Shown piece after piece: positions 38,285-51,651 of a stretch of 64,000 bases of DNA. Source of the DNA: Azolla caroliniana. Taxonomy: Eukaryota; Plantae; Polypodiophyta. How positions within the stretch are numbered: the first letter of the stretch is position 1; each line of letters opens with the position of its first letter. The stretch spans positions 23,002,001-23,066,000 of the forward strand of contig JBHGNT010000006.1 in assembly GCA_043228905.1 (NCBI GenBank). The letters are read 5' to 3'. The translations under genes were made by a program, and so were the position numbers. Below the pieces are notes generated by a model. It made no database searches. It was not told the DNA's origin and saw only the letters and a list, made by a program, of their open reading frames with translations.

Positions 38285-40619
38285 CCCCATACATCTGAAT
38301 CTATCAAGTCGAGCTTGTTACGGCTTCAATTTCTTTCAGAGGGGAATGGAAGCCGATGTTGCTTCCCGAGTTACCAGGCTTCACAAATTTGGGCCTTCTG
38401 GCCACTGAATTTTGGCAATCCGAATATAACCTGTTTCAATTGCAAGTCCTGAATCCTCCGGTAGTTGATGTGGCCTATCCTCTTGTGTCAGAGTTTGATA
38501 TCTGATTCGGTCTTCTGTCCCGTCCCGGCGGTGCCAATGTCGTTGGTGTGGAGGAAAAATATCCTCTCGTCCCGGTGCCCTCACGTGATGACTTGACCCT
38601 ATTCCTTGATGAAGCACCCTAGATGCATGAACCATACTTGCATCCTTTGGTCAATGATCTGTCCTTCCGACACCAGGTTCTTTGTTATTGTCGGGACGTG
38701 CAACACGTTCATGAGCTTCCCTCTTTGTCCCGACATGATTAAGGGGAACTTCTCCGACATGCTCGATCAGGTGAGGAGTGTCGTCTTTGGTTTCGACAAC
38801 TCTCGGTTGTGTCAGTTTCTCCAAGAATGAGAACCACTCTTCGTGGCTCGTCATGTGGTTTGATGCACCGTAGTCAACATACCACACTTCCTCCGATTGG
38901 AAGTGGTCTTCTTCATCGAGTTCACCTTGTGCTTCATCACGAAGGTTGGCCCTTTCTCGGTCTTTCTGGTTCTGGATCCTTTCGATCCCTCTACATAGTG
39001 TGAACTTTGCCGGTCCCCTTGTCCGACGTTGCTAGATCTAGATTTGTCCGAATTGGTGCGCTTCTTCCAGCAGTCGCTCTCTCGGTGGCCTTCCTTGCCA
39101 CAATACAAACATTCCGTTTTCGGCCTTCGATTGCTGGTTTCTGGCGCCGTTTTGACTCCCCTAGTTTGTGGAGGGTCCGGAAAGGTTGTCAACACTATCT
39201 CTATGCCTCCGATTCTGCTCTTGCCAACCGCCATTGTTGCGTGCCGACCCACCTTGTCCTCCATGCCCACAAGGTTGATCCGCCTCCATGTACAACATCC
39301 GGATGTCCGTTTGGGTGGTCCTTGACCCACTTGCTTGGTTTTCCTCGACCATCAACATCGATTGTAGGTCGAAGAAGGACGATCGCTTCTCTAGGGTGCA
39401 AATTGCCGTCCGGATTGGCCCGTACCGTTGTGCTAGACCACCGAGACAGATTTGGACCATCTCGTGTTCGTCCTGCGTCACTTTGATGGACCCGAGCTCA
39501 TCACAGATCTCCTTTATCTTGGTGGTGTAATACATAACCGACATGTCTCTCTACCGGATGTTGTTGAGCTCTTGCCGGAGCTGCAACTTACGACCATGAT
39601 ACTTGCGGCAAAAATCTTCTAGAAATTTTCCCAGCCTCGTTCAACGACTTTGCATCTCTGATGTAGCAAAGCATTTGATCATGCACATAGGACGCAAAGT
39701 AATAAAGGACTCTGCTCGCTCCTTGCTCCCAGGCTGGTAAGTCCTTGTGTGCCAAATCCGGAGCTGCTACATTTTCTCCTTCCACGTAGCTCTAGTATCC
39801 GTGCCCCCAGCAAGTACTCGTGCATTTTGTTCTTACTAGTGGTTAGGGTTTGTTTGTTTCGAGTAGTTTTCGGTAGTAGAGGTTCTCAACCCTTGCGCTT
39901 TGATACTATGTAAAAGTTAATATGCAGAAGCTTGTGGACAAACCGACTCTATAAACAAAATGAAGGTTAATGCAAGCTTGAAAATATGCAGTACGCAGGA
40001 GAGACAAAGAGAGGAGAACATAAACTCGATTCAAAATAACAACCCTCTGTGCATACAAATGTCCTACAAAACACTTTTTATACAATTCCTTAAAAGGATT
40101 GACAGATATACTGACATGTACTTCAATGCTCATACGAGCGACTGACACTAACTCCAAGAAATATGCCTATGTACTAGGCTAAAATTCGTAGGCCTCTAAT
40201 GGCCTACCAATTCATACCGATCCGGCTCTTGGTTCTGGAAGCTGATCCAACCCCGTCATTCCAGATATGATCCGGCTCTGGCTTATGGAGTCGATTCGGA
40301 TTCGGTTGATCTTGCCTGCTCAACAATTATCTAATACATCAGGATCAAATTTTTTTGCTCTTACCTCACACCAACACTTCAGTTTACAAATATCATAGTG
40401 TGCAAGAGAAAAATAAATCGAAATATCAAATAAAATTTGTGATAGAATGATCCTTCAATTTCTCATAGTGTCTGCAATCGACAACCATGTTGGTGATGGT
40501 CTTTATAGGCTTCGTACATAAACTTGTGATTGACTTTCCGATTTTAAAGCAACTTTCAATTGGAGTTCCATGTCAGATGCCAATTTGTACCCCTACCATA
40601 ATAACCACTTGAGCTCACT

Positions 40620-41705
40620 TTATACCATTTTAGAGCTCCTCCACCGAATAAAAATAGTAATGTCTCATTTAATATGAACCTATCCTTATCTTACAAAGTG
40701 ACCTCTAAAGATGTCCATATCCACTTCATTGTTATCACTTTCTTAGTAATCCCTTCAAAGATTCAAACAAGGTTCTAAGCCTTGACCTTATTAGTTTAAG
40801 TTGTTAACTCTTGTCAATCTATCTTTTATTTTTCTTTAAACTCATTATATGTCCTCTTAGTTACATTTTCAACCGAACCCTTAATCTTTTGTACACTTGG
40901 ATTGCAACAGATTTCTCTCATTGTACATGACACGTCACAACAATGGGACTTGGCACATGAACCCAAAATTTGAGTGTTTGGCATTGTACACCTAGGGCCT
41001 TCATGCAATGGTCGATGAGGTCTAGGTGCCATATTCTAATTGCCAAGTTCATTTATAATCTAAAGGGATTCCCATTCATTAAACCCTAAAATCATTATGA
41101 AGAACGAGCAGGTCCAATATAGTAATTGCTTTATGATAAAAAAAGAATTAAATTTGTACCCCTAGATTTTGATGTTTTGGTGCCTTTCCAAATGGGTGAA
41201 ACAAAAACTTGAAAGAGGAATGAAATACAATAAGATTCTCTTCAACACTGGAAACAAAAGTGAGGAATGAAGACACAATAAGGCTCGCCTCGTGGATCAT
41301 GGAAATAGAGGTAGAAGAAGGAGTACCCAAAAACCTACACATCAGTACTATTGCTACTAGTTTTGCAAGAAACTCTACACTAGAGCCAAAACTTTACATT
41401 CACCTCCAATGCATGATGCCAAGTGTAGGATTCACATCTAGGATGCACTTTCGTCACATTTTCTTCACCCAAACCTATTCAGTCATTTCTTGGTTTTAAC
41501 CCTTCACACACACAACCTAGTACATAAGAACATTAAAAAAACTTCCTCAAAACACTTGTACATATAGCACAATTGTGCAAATTCAAATCCTTGTGTGTAT
41601 AGCTTAGCACTTGCTCTTTTTTTACATTCCAATGCATTTAATCATCGAATACAAGCTCGCCCATTTCACACATACAATTTGCACCTACAAATGCATCCAC
41701 ATAAG
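40620..41705. repeat. Paralogue of 6700-7790 (copy B of the old relic), continuing at 47283-47496
   Basis: Long collinear similarity; for example the ORF-track peptides at 7344 and 41260 are nearly the same. Confidence 0.85.
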
Positions 41706-44700
41706 TGTTGGGAGACAGGTCCCTCTGGATGGGATGGGAGAAGAACAGTTCTGATGAACAAACTCGGCCAAGGCCGATAGGCCGAGGCCGAAACCGTATG
41801 AGGAGGACCCGGCTATGGAGAGCCGGATGGTGCAGGCCCGGTATGAACCGGATGAGGAGTACCCGGCTACGGAGTGCCGGATGATGCAGACCCGGTGAAG
41901 ACCGGATGAGGAGTACCCGGCTACGGAGAGCCGGATGAGGAGTACCCGGCTACGGAGAATCGGATGGTACAGACCCGGTGAGAACCGGACGAAGAGACAT
42001 ATTCGTAAATATGTTTCTGAGAGTCCAACGATGCTATATTTGTAAATAGCCTAAAAGTCATATTAGTATAAATATGACTTAGGGCAAACTTTTAGTTACT
42101 GTTGTTGTCATTCTTGTTGGTGCAAGAATATAGAGCGTGCGTGACTGTACAGAGAGAGAGATAAAGAGGTCGTTGCCTGTGTTGTAACCGCCGCCTGTGG
42201 CGAAGATCTGTGAGCACGAGGTCGGTGCCTCAGTGAACTCAGTGTTGTACATTTTTCATCATAGTGATAGTTTGCAGCTTGTGGGCCGCCGTGGTTTTTC
42301 CCCTAGTTTGGGGTTTTCCACGTAAACCTCCTGTGTATCCTCCTCTCCTTTGTGTCGTGTTTTATTTCTCGTTTTCTGTGTATCATTCTAAGCTCGGTTG
42401 TGGCTGAGCGTCGCGCATAAGGAACGTTGTGTTCCCGTCAAGTGGTATCAGAGCGAAATCGACACAGAAAAATGGACGAATCGTTTGGCGGCATGTTCAA
42501 GCTCACCGGCTCCAACTATTCAGTGCGGAAGTCGAAGATGAAAGACACGCTCGTGGTTAAAGATCTATGGCTACCGGTTCAGTTTGGGAACAAGAGACCG
42601 GACAAGATCGACGCCACAATATGGGAAGTGATGCACATGAAGACAACGGCGTACATACAGTGCTTCATCGACATGAGTTTGTACAACAACTTCAATGAAG
42701 AGAGCAAGGCTCATGAGCTCTAGGAGAAGATCGGCATAATGTTCCAGAACAAAAACGCTGTCAATCAGGTGTCGGTATTCCGGAAGCTAGTAAGACTCCG
42801 ATACCAAGATGGCTCCAGCATGGCGGAGCACATGAATGCCTTCCAGGGGCTGATACACTAGGCAACGTCATTGGAAGTACCTCTTGCCGATGAGGTACTA
42901 GCGCTACTCCTGCTCGGTTCCCTCCCGGATAACTGGGAGACGTTGGTTGTCACTTTGGGCAACACCGGGCCGGAAGGAAAACGGTTATCCCTAGCAAGAG
43001 TAAAGTCGAGCTTGCTAGATGAGGAGGCGCGTCGGAAAGACAAAGATATGAGCTCTGACTCCAAAGCGCTTCTTACCGAATCGGAATGCGGAAGACAGAG
43101 AAACCGTAGTCCCTAGAACCGGGAGAAGTCGGGGACACGGTCAAAGTCAAGGGGGAGGCCTACTTGCTTCTATTGCGGCAAGCCGGGACACTTCCAAAAG
43201 AATTGTAGGCATTTCCGTAAAGACAAGGAAACTGACGGTACCGATTTGAAGCAAACCCCGGACCGGAACGGTAAAGACAGGAACGGTAAAGACCGGAGGG
43301 GGCCGGACCGGAAGGGAACGACGGCTATCGCGGGAAGTGAAGAAGAGTTGATGCTCATCACCGAGGAGTGTGAGATAAACCTTGCCGGCGACGAGATGAC
43401 CTGGGTGGTAGAGTCCGGAGCATCGTTCCACATTTACCCTGGACCGGAAATGCTTCTCATCCTACTCAGCCGGTGATCACGGCTGTGTCCGGATGGGGAA
43501 TGAAGGAACATGCCGAATTGTCGGCATAGGAGACGTGTGGCTGTCAACACCAACCGGATGCAAGTTGCTGCTGAAGGATGTCCGACACGTTCCGGAAGTT
43601 CGTCTGAACCTGATATCAGTCGGTCGGCTAGATGATGAAGGCTACACGGGTAGCATCCGGAATGGTGTCATGAAGTTCAGTAAAGGGAGCCTGATTGTGG
43701 CTCGGGCCCAGAAGGTAAACTCACTGTACCTGATGAATGCCCGGTTATGTCCGGAAGAAGTGAACGTGGCATCCGACACTGCCGGTGAGCTGTGGCACAA
43801 GAGACTGTGTCATATGAGCGAGAAGGGGATGAAGAGGCTTGCAGACGACAACCTCATTCCAGTGAAGAACGTGCACTTAGAGAAGTGCACTGATTGTCTG
43901 GCCGGTAAGCAGAACTGGACCTCCTTTCGACCAAGGCCACCGATGAGACGTAATGCACCACTGGAGTTGTTGCATACGGATGTGTGTCAAGTAGACACGG
44001 TGTCACATGCCGGAGCGCAGTACTTCGTGACCTTCATAGATGACCATAGCCGGAAGCTGTGGGCCACACTGTTGAAGACAAAGGATCAGGTGTTATCCGT
44101 CTTCAAAGAGCTCCACGCGAGAGTGGAAAGAGAAACCGGTCGGAAGCTGAAGGCAGTTCGAGCAGATAACGGAGGAGAATACCGGGGGCAGTTCGAGGAG
44201 TACTGCCGCTCGAAGGGAATCCGGCTCGAATTTACCGTGCCGAAGATGCCGGAACTAAACGGACTGGCCGAGAGGATGAACCGGACCATAATGGAGAGGG
44301 TACGGACTATGCTAGCGCATGCAAAACTACCCAAGAAGTATTGGGCTGAGGCAATGTCGACGGCGACATACGTGATAAATAGATCACCCTCAGTACCCTT
44401 GGACAAAGACACGCCACAAAGAGTGTGGACCGGTAAGGAAGTATCCTACCGGCATCTGAAGGTGTTCGGGTGTCTCGCGTACGTGCATGTAGCTAAGGAC
44501 CGGAGAGGAAAGTTAGATCCAAAGACCCGGCCATGCATATTCCTCGGTTACGGTGACGATGAGTTCGGCTACCGAGTGTGGGACCCGGTCGACAAGAAGG
44601 TATTCCGGAGTCGAGATATTATCTTCATGGAGGACAAGACGCTCGCCGACTGGGAGTCGGAGAAGAAGATAATGAACTCCGAGTCGACTGGTAAGGAACG

Positions 44701-47282
44701 ACTCTACGATGAGCAGACCCAACCGGCAAGAGACCGGTTAGCACTTGAGGAACCAGTCGATGACGGTGAGGATACCGAACCGGCAGAAGAAGAAGTAGAG
44801 GAAGCTGAGACCGGAACCGGCCATGACCCCGAATCGGATTCGGATGAAGAGCAAATGGAGGAGCCGGTTACCGAAGCCCGAAGACGTAGATATCCTCTCA
44901 GAGAGAGAAGGGCGCCCCGGAGATTTCCGGATGCAGAGCATGTTCTGCTGACCGATGAGGGGGAGCCGGAAAGCTTCAAAGAAGTGAAGGATGACACCCA
45001 CAGCCGAAAATGGTTAAGTGCCATGCAGGACGAGATGGATTCCCTGCATGAGAACCATACGTACGAATTGGTGGAGTTGCCGAAAGGAAAGCGGGCACTC
45101 CGAAACAAGTGGGTGTACAAGTTGAAACCGGGAGATGCTGGCAACCCCCCGAGATACAAAGCCAGGATCGTGGTGAAGGGGTTCCAGCAGAGAAAAGGCG
45201 TGGACTTCGACGAGATATTTGCCCCGGTAGTAAAGATGACCTCCATCCGAACGGTGCTGAGTATAGCAGCAAGCATGGACCTCGAGGTAGAGCAGCTGGA
45301 CGTGAAGATGACATTCCTTCACGACGACCTCGAAGAGGAGATCTACATGCAGCAACCGGAAGGTTTCGTGGAGAAAGGGAACGAGCACCTGGTATGCCGG
45401 TTGAAGAAGAGCATGTATGGACTGAAGCAGGCTCCCCGACAATGGTACCGAAAGTTCGACTCCTTCATGACCGATCAAGGGTACCACAAGACGCAGGCCG
45501 ATCACTGCGTGTTTTTGAAGAAGTTCGAAGGAGGAGACTTCCTGATACTCCTTCTGTACGTGGATGACATGTTGATCGTCGGACGTGACCAAGTCAAAAT
45601 ACGGATGTTGAAGAAGGCTCTCAACCGGACCTTCTCAATGAAAGACTTGGGTCCGGCATGACCGATGTTGGGGATGCACATCATCCGGAACCGGTTAGTG
45701 AAGCAATTATGGTTGTCACAGGAGAAGTATGTGACAAAGGTGCTTCACCGGTTCAACATGTCAGATGCGAAACCGGTCGGATCGACACTTCCGGCAAACT
45801 GCAAGCTATCCGGCAAGCAAAGCCCGAAGACGAAAGCAGAGAAGGCGGATATGATGAAGATTCCATATGCCTCTGCCGTTGGGAGCTTGATGTACGCAAT
45901 GGTTTGTACTCGACCGGATATAGGATACGCAGTCGGAGTGGTGAGCCGGTTCATGAGTAATCCCGACAAGGAGCACTGGAACGCGGTCAAATGGATACTC
46001 CAATATTTGAAGGGCACTTCAAATATGTGTCTCCGATTCGGCTTCGGAAAACCTCAACTGGACGGTTTCACCGATTCGGACATGTCGGCTGATGTGGATA
46101 CCAGCCGGTCTACATCCGGGTATGTAATGACATATGCAGGGGGAGTTGTTTCGTGGCAGTCGAGGCTGCAGAAGACGGTTGCATTGTCAACCACGGAGGT
46201 GGAGTACATGGTGGCTGTGGAGGCCGGCAAGGAAATATTATGGATGAAGGACTTCATCGGAGAGCTCGGTATACGGCAAGAGGAATACCGAATCTATTGC
46301 GACAGTCAAAGTGCCATCCAGCTTGCTAAGAATGCGGCCTACCATTCCCGGACGAAGCATATCCAACGGAGGTATCACTGGATCCGGGAAAGAGTAGATG
46401 ACTAGGAGTTCGCACTGACGAAGATCCACACGGCCGAGAACGGGTCAGATATGCTGAGCAAAGTGCTGACACCTGACAAGCTGGACGCATGCCGGAAGAG
46501 GATCGGACTGGTAAGACACCCCATGCCGGAGTGAAGGGGGAGTTTGTTGGGAGACAGGTCCCTCCGGATGGGAATGGAGAAGAACAGTGCTGATGAACAA
46601 ACTTGGCCAAGGTCGATAGGCCGAGGCTGAAACTGTATGAGGAGGACCCGGTTACGGAGAGTCGGATGGTGCAGGCCCGGTATGAACCAGATGAGGAGTA
46701 CCCGGCTACAGAGAACCGGATGGTACAGACCTGGTGAAGACCGGATGAGGAGTACCCGGCTACGGAGTGCCGGATGAGGAGTACCCGGCTACGGAGAACC
46801 GGATGGTACAGACCCGGTGAGAACCGGACGAAGAGACATATTCGTAAATATGTTTTTGAGAGTCCATCAAGGCTATATTTGTAAATAGCCTAAAAGTCAT
46901 ATTAGTATAAATATGACTTAGGGCAAACTTTTAGTTACTATTGTTGTTGTCATTCTTGTTGGTGCAAGAATATAGAGCGTGCGTGACTGTACAGAGAGAG
47001 AGAAAAAGAGGTCGTTGCCTCTGTTGTAACTGCCGCTTGTGGCGAAGATCTGTGAGCACGAGGTCGGTGCCTCAGTGAACTCAGTGTTGTACATTTTTCA
47101 TCATAGTGATAGTTTGCAGCCTTTGGGCTACCGTGGTTTTTCCCCTAGTTTGGGGTTTTCCACGTAAACCTCCTGTGTATCCTCCTCTCCTTTGTGTCGT
47201 GTTTTATTTCTCGTTTTCTGTGTATCATTCTAAGCTCAGTTGTGGCCGAGCGTCGCGCATAAGGAACGTTGTGTTCCCGTCA
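41706..47282 (+). mobile_element. Full-length Ty1/copia retrotransposon (LTRs 41706-42440 and 46545-47282)
   Basis: TSD ATAAG; PBS TGGTATCAGAGC; PPT GAAGGGGGAG; U3 tandem repeats CCGGATGAGGAGTACCCGGCTACGGAG. Confidence 0.96.
42472..46534 (+). pseudogene. Copia gag-pol with premature stops and a frameshift
   Basis: All domains present. Stops near 42721, 42858, 43114, 45659 and 46403; frameshift near 43440. Confidence 0.92.
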
Positions 47283-48513
47283 ATAAGTTAGGAGTGGAAA
47301 GCTCATTAGAAAAACTATTACATTTTGGCACTTACACAAATTCGCACAATCTTTCATCAATAGTTCTATCTTCCCTAGCTTAGGTAACTAGTAATCATGT
47401 CAACATCCACACCCTCATGTTCTAGTACCTCCATAGGCAAATGTAAATTTGGAATTCACACATCTCCATTGGTTGAGGATATGTTCCATTGGTATCTGTG
47501 GAAGTCTTTTTAGAATTCAAGCTATTGAACACTAGAAGAATATAAGGTATGGAGCATTCACATTTGGAGTGTAAGAACACGAACCAAGATCTTAAGGAGA
47601 AGTCAAAGTAAAAGCAAGAGACATGGAGAAAAGTAAAAGGAGAAAAAAACAGCGAGACATTTGAAACAGGTAAAATATGTCGCATTCCCTTTTCGATAAT
47701 TATGTGAGATGTCAAGAATTACCTTTTCTTAACAAACTTTTAAGAACATATACACCACATGCGTACATGATTGTTAAAGACACCGCTAAAATATATAGTA
47801 AATATTTCTGAGATTAAAAATTTAATCAACATTTGTTCAATCTATAATAAATTTATCCAATTCTTAGTGAAGATGCATGGGAATGTATGCAATTATAATT
47901 GTAATATGCTTCATGGTACAAAATATTAAATTCGAATCGAACTTAACAATTTTTGAAGTGCAATTATGTTTGTATATTTGTCTCTAAAACTTATAAAGAT
48001 CGATCTGTCGAGTTTGTAAATACGGTTTAAGGATATAATTAGAAAATTTTTCGTAAAAGAAAATCTCAAGAGATATCACATATCAAAATAAACCATGAGG
48101 AAAATTATATGTCAATCATGTGAACAAACGCGAACACATAATCATATGAGCAACCATTTTGCCTCAATATGAATGTGTTTACTTGAAAATAGTTTACCAA
48201 GAATTATGACAACATAAATCATATTAATAGGATACCAAATATACTTAAACACTAAGTTCAATTATATTGATCGAGAAACAATAATATCCAACATTTGTCA
48301 TACAATCCATAAGTTAAAAGCATATTTTCAATGGAAATTATACTTAACCATATACTCTACAAGTCAACATTTGTAACATATGATAGACACATTTAGTTAG
48401 AGACAGTAATAGGATAGAGTAAAGAAAAAATGTTACTCGAAGATTATACTCAAACTAAAAGTTCTTACAATTAAAAATAATGTGTCAATTACAAATACAA
48501 AGCAATATACAAT

Positions 48514-50830
48514 TCATTTCATTAAAAAATCTGGAATTGACTGCTCTCCAAGATCAGTTGGCTCTTGTGTCATATCCGCCTTGTCCTCTTCTATCTGCTC
48601 AACTGAATCTTGTATTTGTTCGGATTGTAGTACATCCTCGAGGTCGACAAGGTTCCCTCTTTCAACTATAGGTTCCATCGGTTCTCTGGAGGTAAACCAA
48701 AACATCTCAGTTTCATTAATATGCTTTGCCCCAACCTCTGGTCTTGGTCGGGACAATCCCAGATACCTTGGATCCTCATTTTAATAAAATTAACTTGTGT
48801 AGGGTCCTTCTCCAAGGCGACATAGTTCCAAAATTCTTTAAAGCACACACAATCGTTGTTCTTGAATAATCAATCGTAATTGCGTAAGTGAGAAATAAAG
48901 TCAAGAAAATCAATTTTATTTTAAGATAAATTGATCATGCTCATAAGCATACTTGTTCCACAGAATAAGTCAAGCACCCAATCATAAGGGTTAGAAAAAA
49001 GATCGATCAATCTATTAATTAAACATTGGGGCTTTTGGTATGGGTTCACTTGGGTTTTGTCACAAAAAACATAGTGCAACTTCTTCGTCACAACTGGGCA
49101 CATGATATAATTACCGACATTTCTCTCATTCACATGTGCCCAAACCTTCTTCTTAGAAATTGCGCCGTAGTACCTCACGCACAAATCCTCAACAATGCTC
49201 ACCATTTGATCGCCCGGGGTATGAGTTATATTCATTTAAACCCTATTTGTAATGGAATGGAAATAAGTCAATATCATAAAATGTTCTATATAGTAAGTGC
49301 AATTGAAACCATATATAAAATATATAACAACTTAAAGCTTACCAATGCACGTGTTTAGTTGTAGTAGTGACCGATAAAGACTGACGCATACTATGAAATA
49401 TTACTATTTGCCACAAGGGAGCCAAGGTAAGCTCTGCGAAGTCCTTCACCATCTTTACTATTTGAGGATATTTATATGGCAAACCGTCATATGTGGATCC
49501 CGTTATTCAAAATCCATATGTTATATCCGCGATGAGCAATGTATAATGCCTCTTGGGTAATATATCAAGCATATTACCCACATCATCATTATATACACTA
49601 TAGTACAATTGTCTGAAAGAATCACTTTTGTGCAAAAAACTCTTGACTGTATCCGAGTCTTTAGTCACTGCTAGCTCCTTTCCTTTTGTCATTTGCTTTT
49701 CATATTTCGCTTGTTCCAAATGAGTGATGAATGTGCTTGGTATGCCTTCATTACTATCACACAGTTTCTTCGAGCGAGGTGGTTTCTGCAATTACAAGAT
49801 TTACAAGAAAATGCGCATTATCCTAAAATCAACTAAAAGATATAAACACACATACCCATTCTCTAAACAGAATGAATAATTCTTCAAGAGCCTTGTATGA
49901 TGATGTTTTTGGGCACGATTGCTTCATTTCTTCCCACGTAGGTAGGGACATTTTTTTCATCATTAGCTCTTGTATCTTCATGTAAACCTTATGGCTATAA
50001 AACATTACACATAAAGGTCAAAATCAAGAGTAAATTAACAAAACAATCCAAACAAAAACAATAATAGAAAAAGACTAGTCACTTTATGAACAAGTTTAGT
50101 CTTCGCAATGTTTTCACGTATCCGATTCTGTTCGGAGGTGAGGATTTCTGAGACAATCTGCCCACCTGGACGAATTAGTTCTAATATATGTCTTCCTCCT
50201 CATCTTCGACGAACTCTAAAACTTTAGGTTCGTCGTCCTTAGGTTGTTGCCATTTCTTGTATTTCTTATGTTCAGATTTTTCTTTTCGGGCAGACTTTGG
50301 CGGGGTCTCTGCTTGCATGACCATGAGTTCTCCTTTAATGTAAGGGCATAAACCGACAATCAAGTTGTTTTTTGTTTGAACATCTTTTTTTAGGGCTTTG
50401 TGGTGATAGGAGTTTGTCACAAAATAACCTTCATCAACTCGAACCTTGTGCTTCCCCCTAAGCTCTCAACATCGAGCACTAGGTTTGGTGAATCATTATC
50501 TTCATATTCAACATTCTTCATTTGGTTGTATGTGAAGGTCTTGCTCACTTGTATCTTGCCCTCAACTTTAGACTTTGCAAATACGAGGAGCAAGTTTCGC
50601 TCTTCTTTAGTATAAATCAATGTCCATTCCAAATTGAGGTAGCTCTTGAGGTGAGGCTCAATGGGCTTATCAACCAATGTCTTCCTAGTGTTGCCTACTG
50701 ATCACTTCAATGTTCCATCACCTCCCAACTCAATTAAGGTTCTTTTGGAAGGCTCTTTTGGGACACTATCGAAAGACTTTTTGTTTGGGGAGGGAATCTT
50801 CAATTAAAATGATGGAACCTTTTCACAAGG
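48514..50830 (-). pseudogene. Spliced gene for a beta-class amino-DNA methyltransferase (N6_N4_Mtase-like) with an unknown N-terminal region; decayed
   Basis: Reconstructed exons (about 49994-49856, 49785-49343, 49242-48953, 48861-48514) read VYNDDVGNMLDILPKRHYTLLIADITYG ... WV*MN ... VNPYQKPQCLINRLIDLFSNPYDWVLDLFCGT|xTTIVCALK..NYVALEKDPTQVNFIKMRI. Motif IV precedes motifs X-I-II. Confidence 0.78.
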
Positions 50831-51037
50831 TTCATTGCAAACAGTAGGCAATAACATAATCATATGAAAATCTTATTGAAAATGGATATTAAAAGTTAAA
50901 AATAGGAAAAAAATTGTTAAAATCAATATAAAAGCCCTTAATTTTAATCTTAATTAGTATTTAAAGCACTAAAAAAATAGCCATTAAACTATCAATAAAA
51001 ATTCTTTCAACCACACATTATGCATAAATTTGTGTTC

Positions 51038-51315
51038 TTTCAATGGGAACTCGATGTAGTGCAACGAGTTCCCATTGAAAACCTATTGAATATATGGGAA
51101 CTCGATGCACTGCGTTGAGTTCCCATTGAAGGCCTATTTTTGTCATCGATTACTCGATGCATTGCATCGAGTTCTCGTTGAAAGCCAAATGCATTCTACG
51201 TCGATGCATTGCATTGAGTTCCCAATGAAAGCACTAGGCATTCAATGGGAACTCGATGCATTCCATCGAGTTCCCGCTGAATATATCGGAACTAGATTCA
51301 GTGCTTCAAGTTCCG
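51038..51315. repeat. Array of about 6 palindromic units, consensus (TTCAAT)GGGAACTCGATGCA-N-TGCATCGAGTTCCC(ATTGAA)
   Basis: Copies near 51038, 51094, 51151, 51200, 51241 and 51287 with short variable linkers. Confidence 0.85.
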
Positions 51316-51651
51316 TTTGCAAAATCTAAATAAAAAAAGCATCTTTTTGGAATCTTTATGGAATCATAAAAATCGGTTAAAAGAAGATGCCTGGAAATTT
51401 TAATTCCCTTGTTCATGGTGCTGGTGTTGAGTCGAGGTGACCGGGGAGACGAAAACTGAGAGTGCTAGTTAGCTTCTCTGCTCTTGAGCTCCTGAAAATC
51501 TTAAATGCTATAATGACAATGAGAAGATGACTTTCCTTTATATAATAAATTTTTGTTTTCAATTTAGTAAAATTATTTTGGAATGTGGCTTATTATAGAA
51601 GAAAATTTTCAACTATTTTCACTTATTCGATCTTAGTTGACCTTACTCAAG

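Larger units (their letters stand above)
28566..40325 (-). mobile_element. Degenerate Ty1/copia element (5' LTR 40325-39909) hosting two later insertions
   Basis: PBS TAGTATCAAAGC (iMet-like); gag CLYCGKEGHRESDC; protease WYVDYGASNHM; integrase RSDGGKEY, QNGVAERKN; RT QMDVKNTF, LYVDD; RNase H split at 29293-30554. Confidence 0.85.

Noticed and set aside
41750-41800. Hammerhead-like CTGATGA...CGAAAC in the copia LTR
   Set aside because: Stem II cannot close next to the core, and the motif is missing from the sister LTR at 1905-2661.
44086-46429. Many antisense and alternate-frame ORFs over copia pol (likewise 55989-56672 and 58580-59680)
   Set aside because: These are shadow ORFs of GC-rich retroelement sequence with no independent motifs.
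47497-48500. Left terminal inverted repeat of the MTase-transposase element
   Set aside because: The other end lies outside the window, so no TIR or TSD can be verified.
48514-50830. Bacterial contamination as the source of the methyltransferase
   Set aside because: The gene has spliceosomal-type introns and is contiguous with plant retroelements.
51038-51315. CRISPR-like look of palindromic repeats with variable spacers
   Set aside because: Units are degenerate and uneven, linkers are only about 10-20 nt, there are no cas genes, and the context is eukaryotic.
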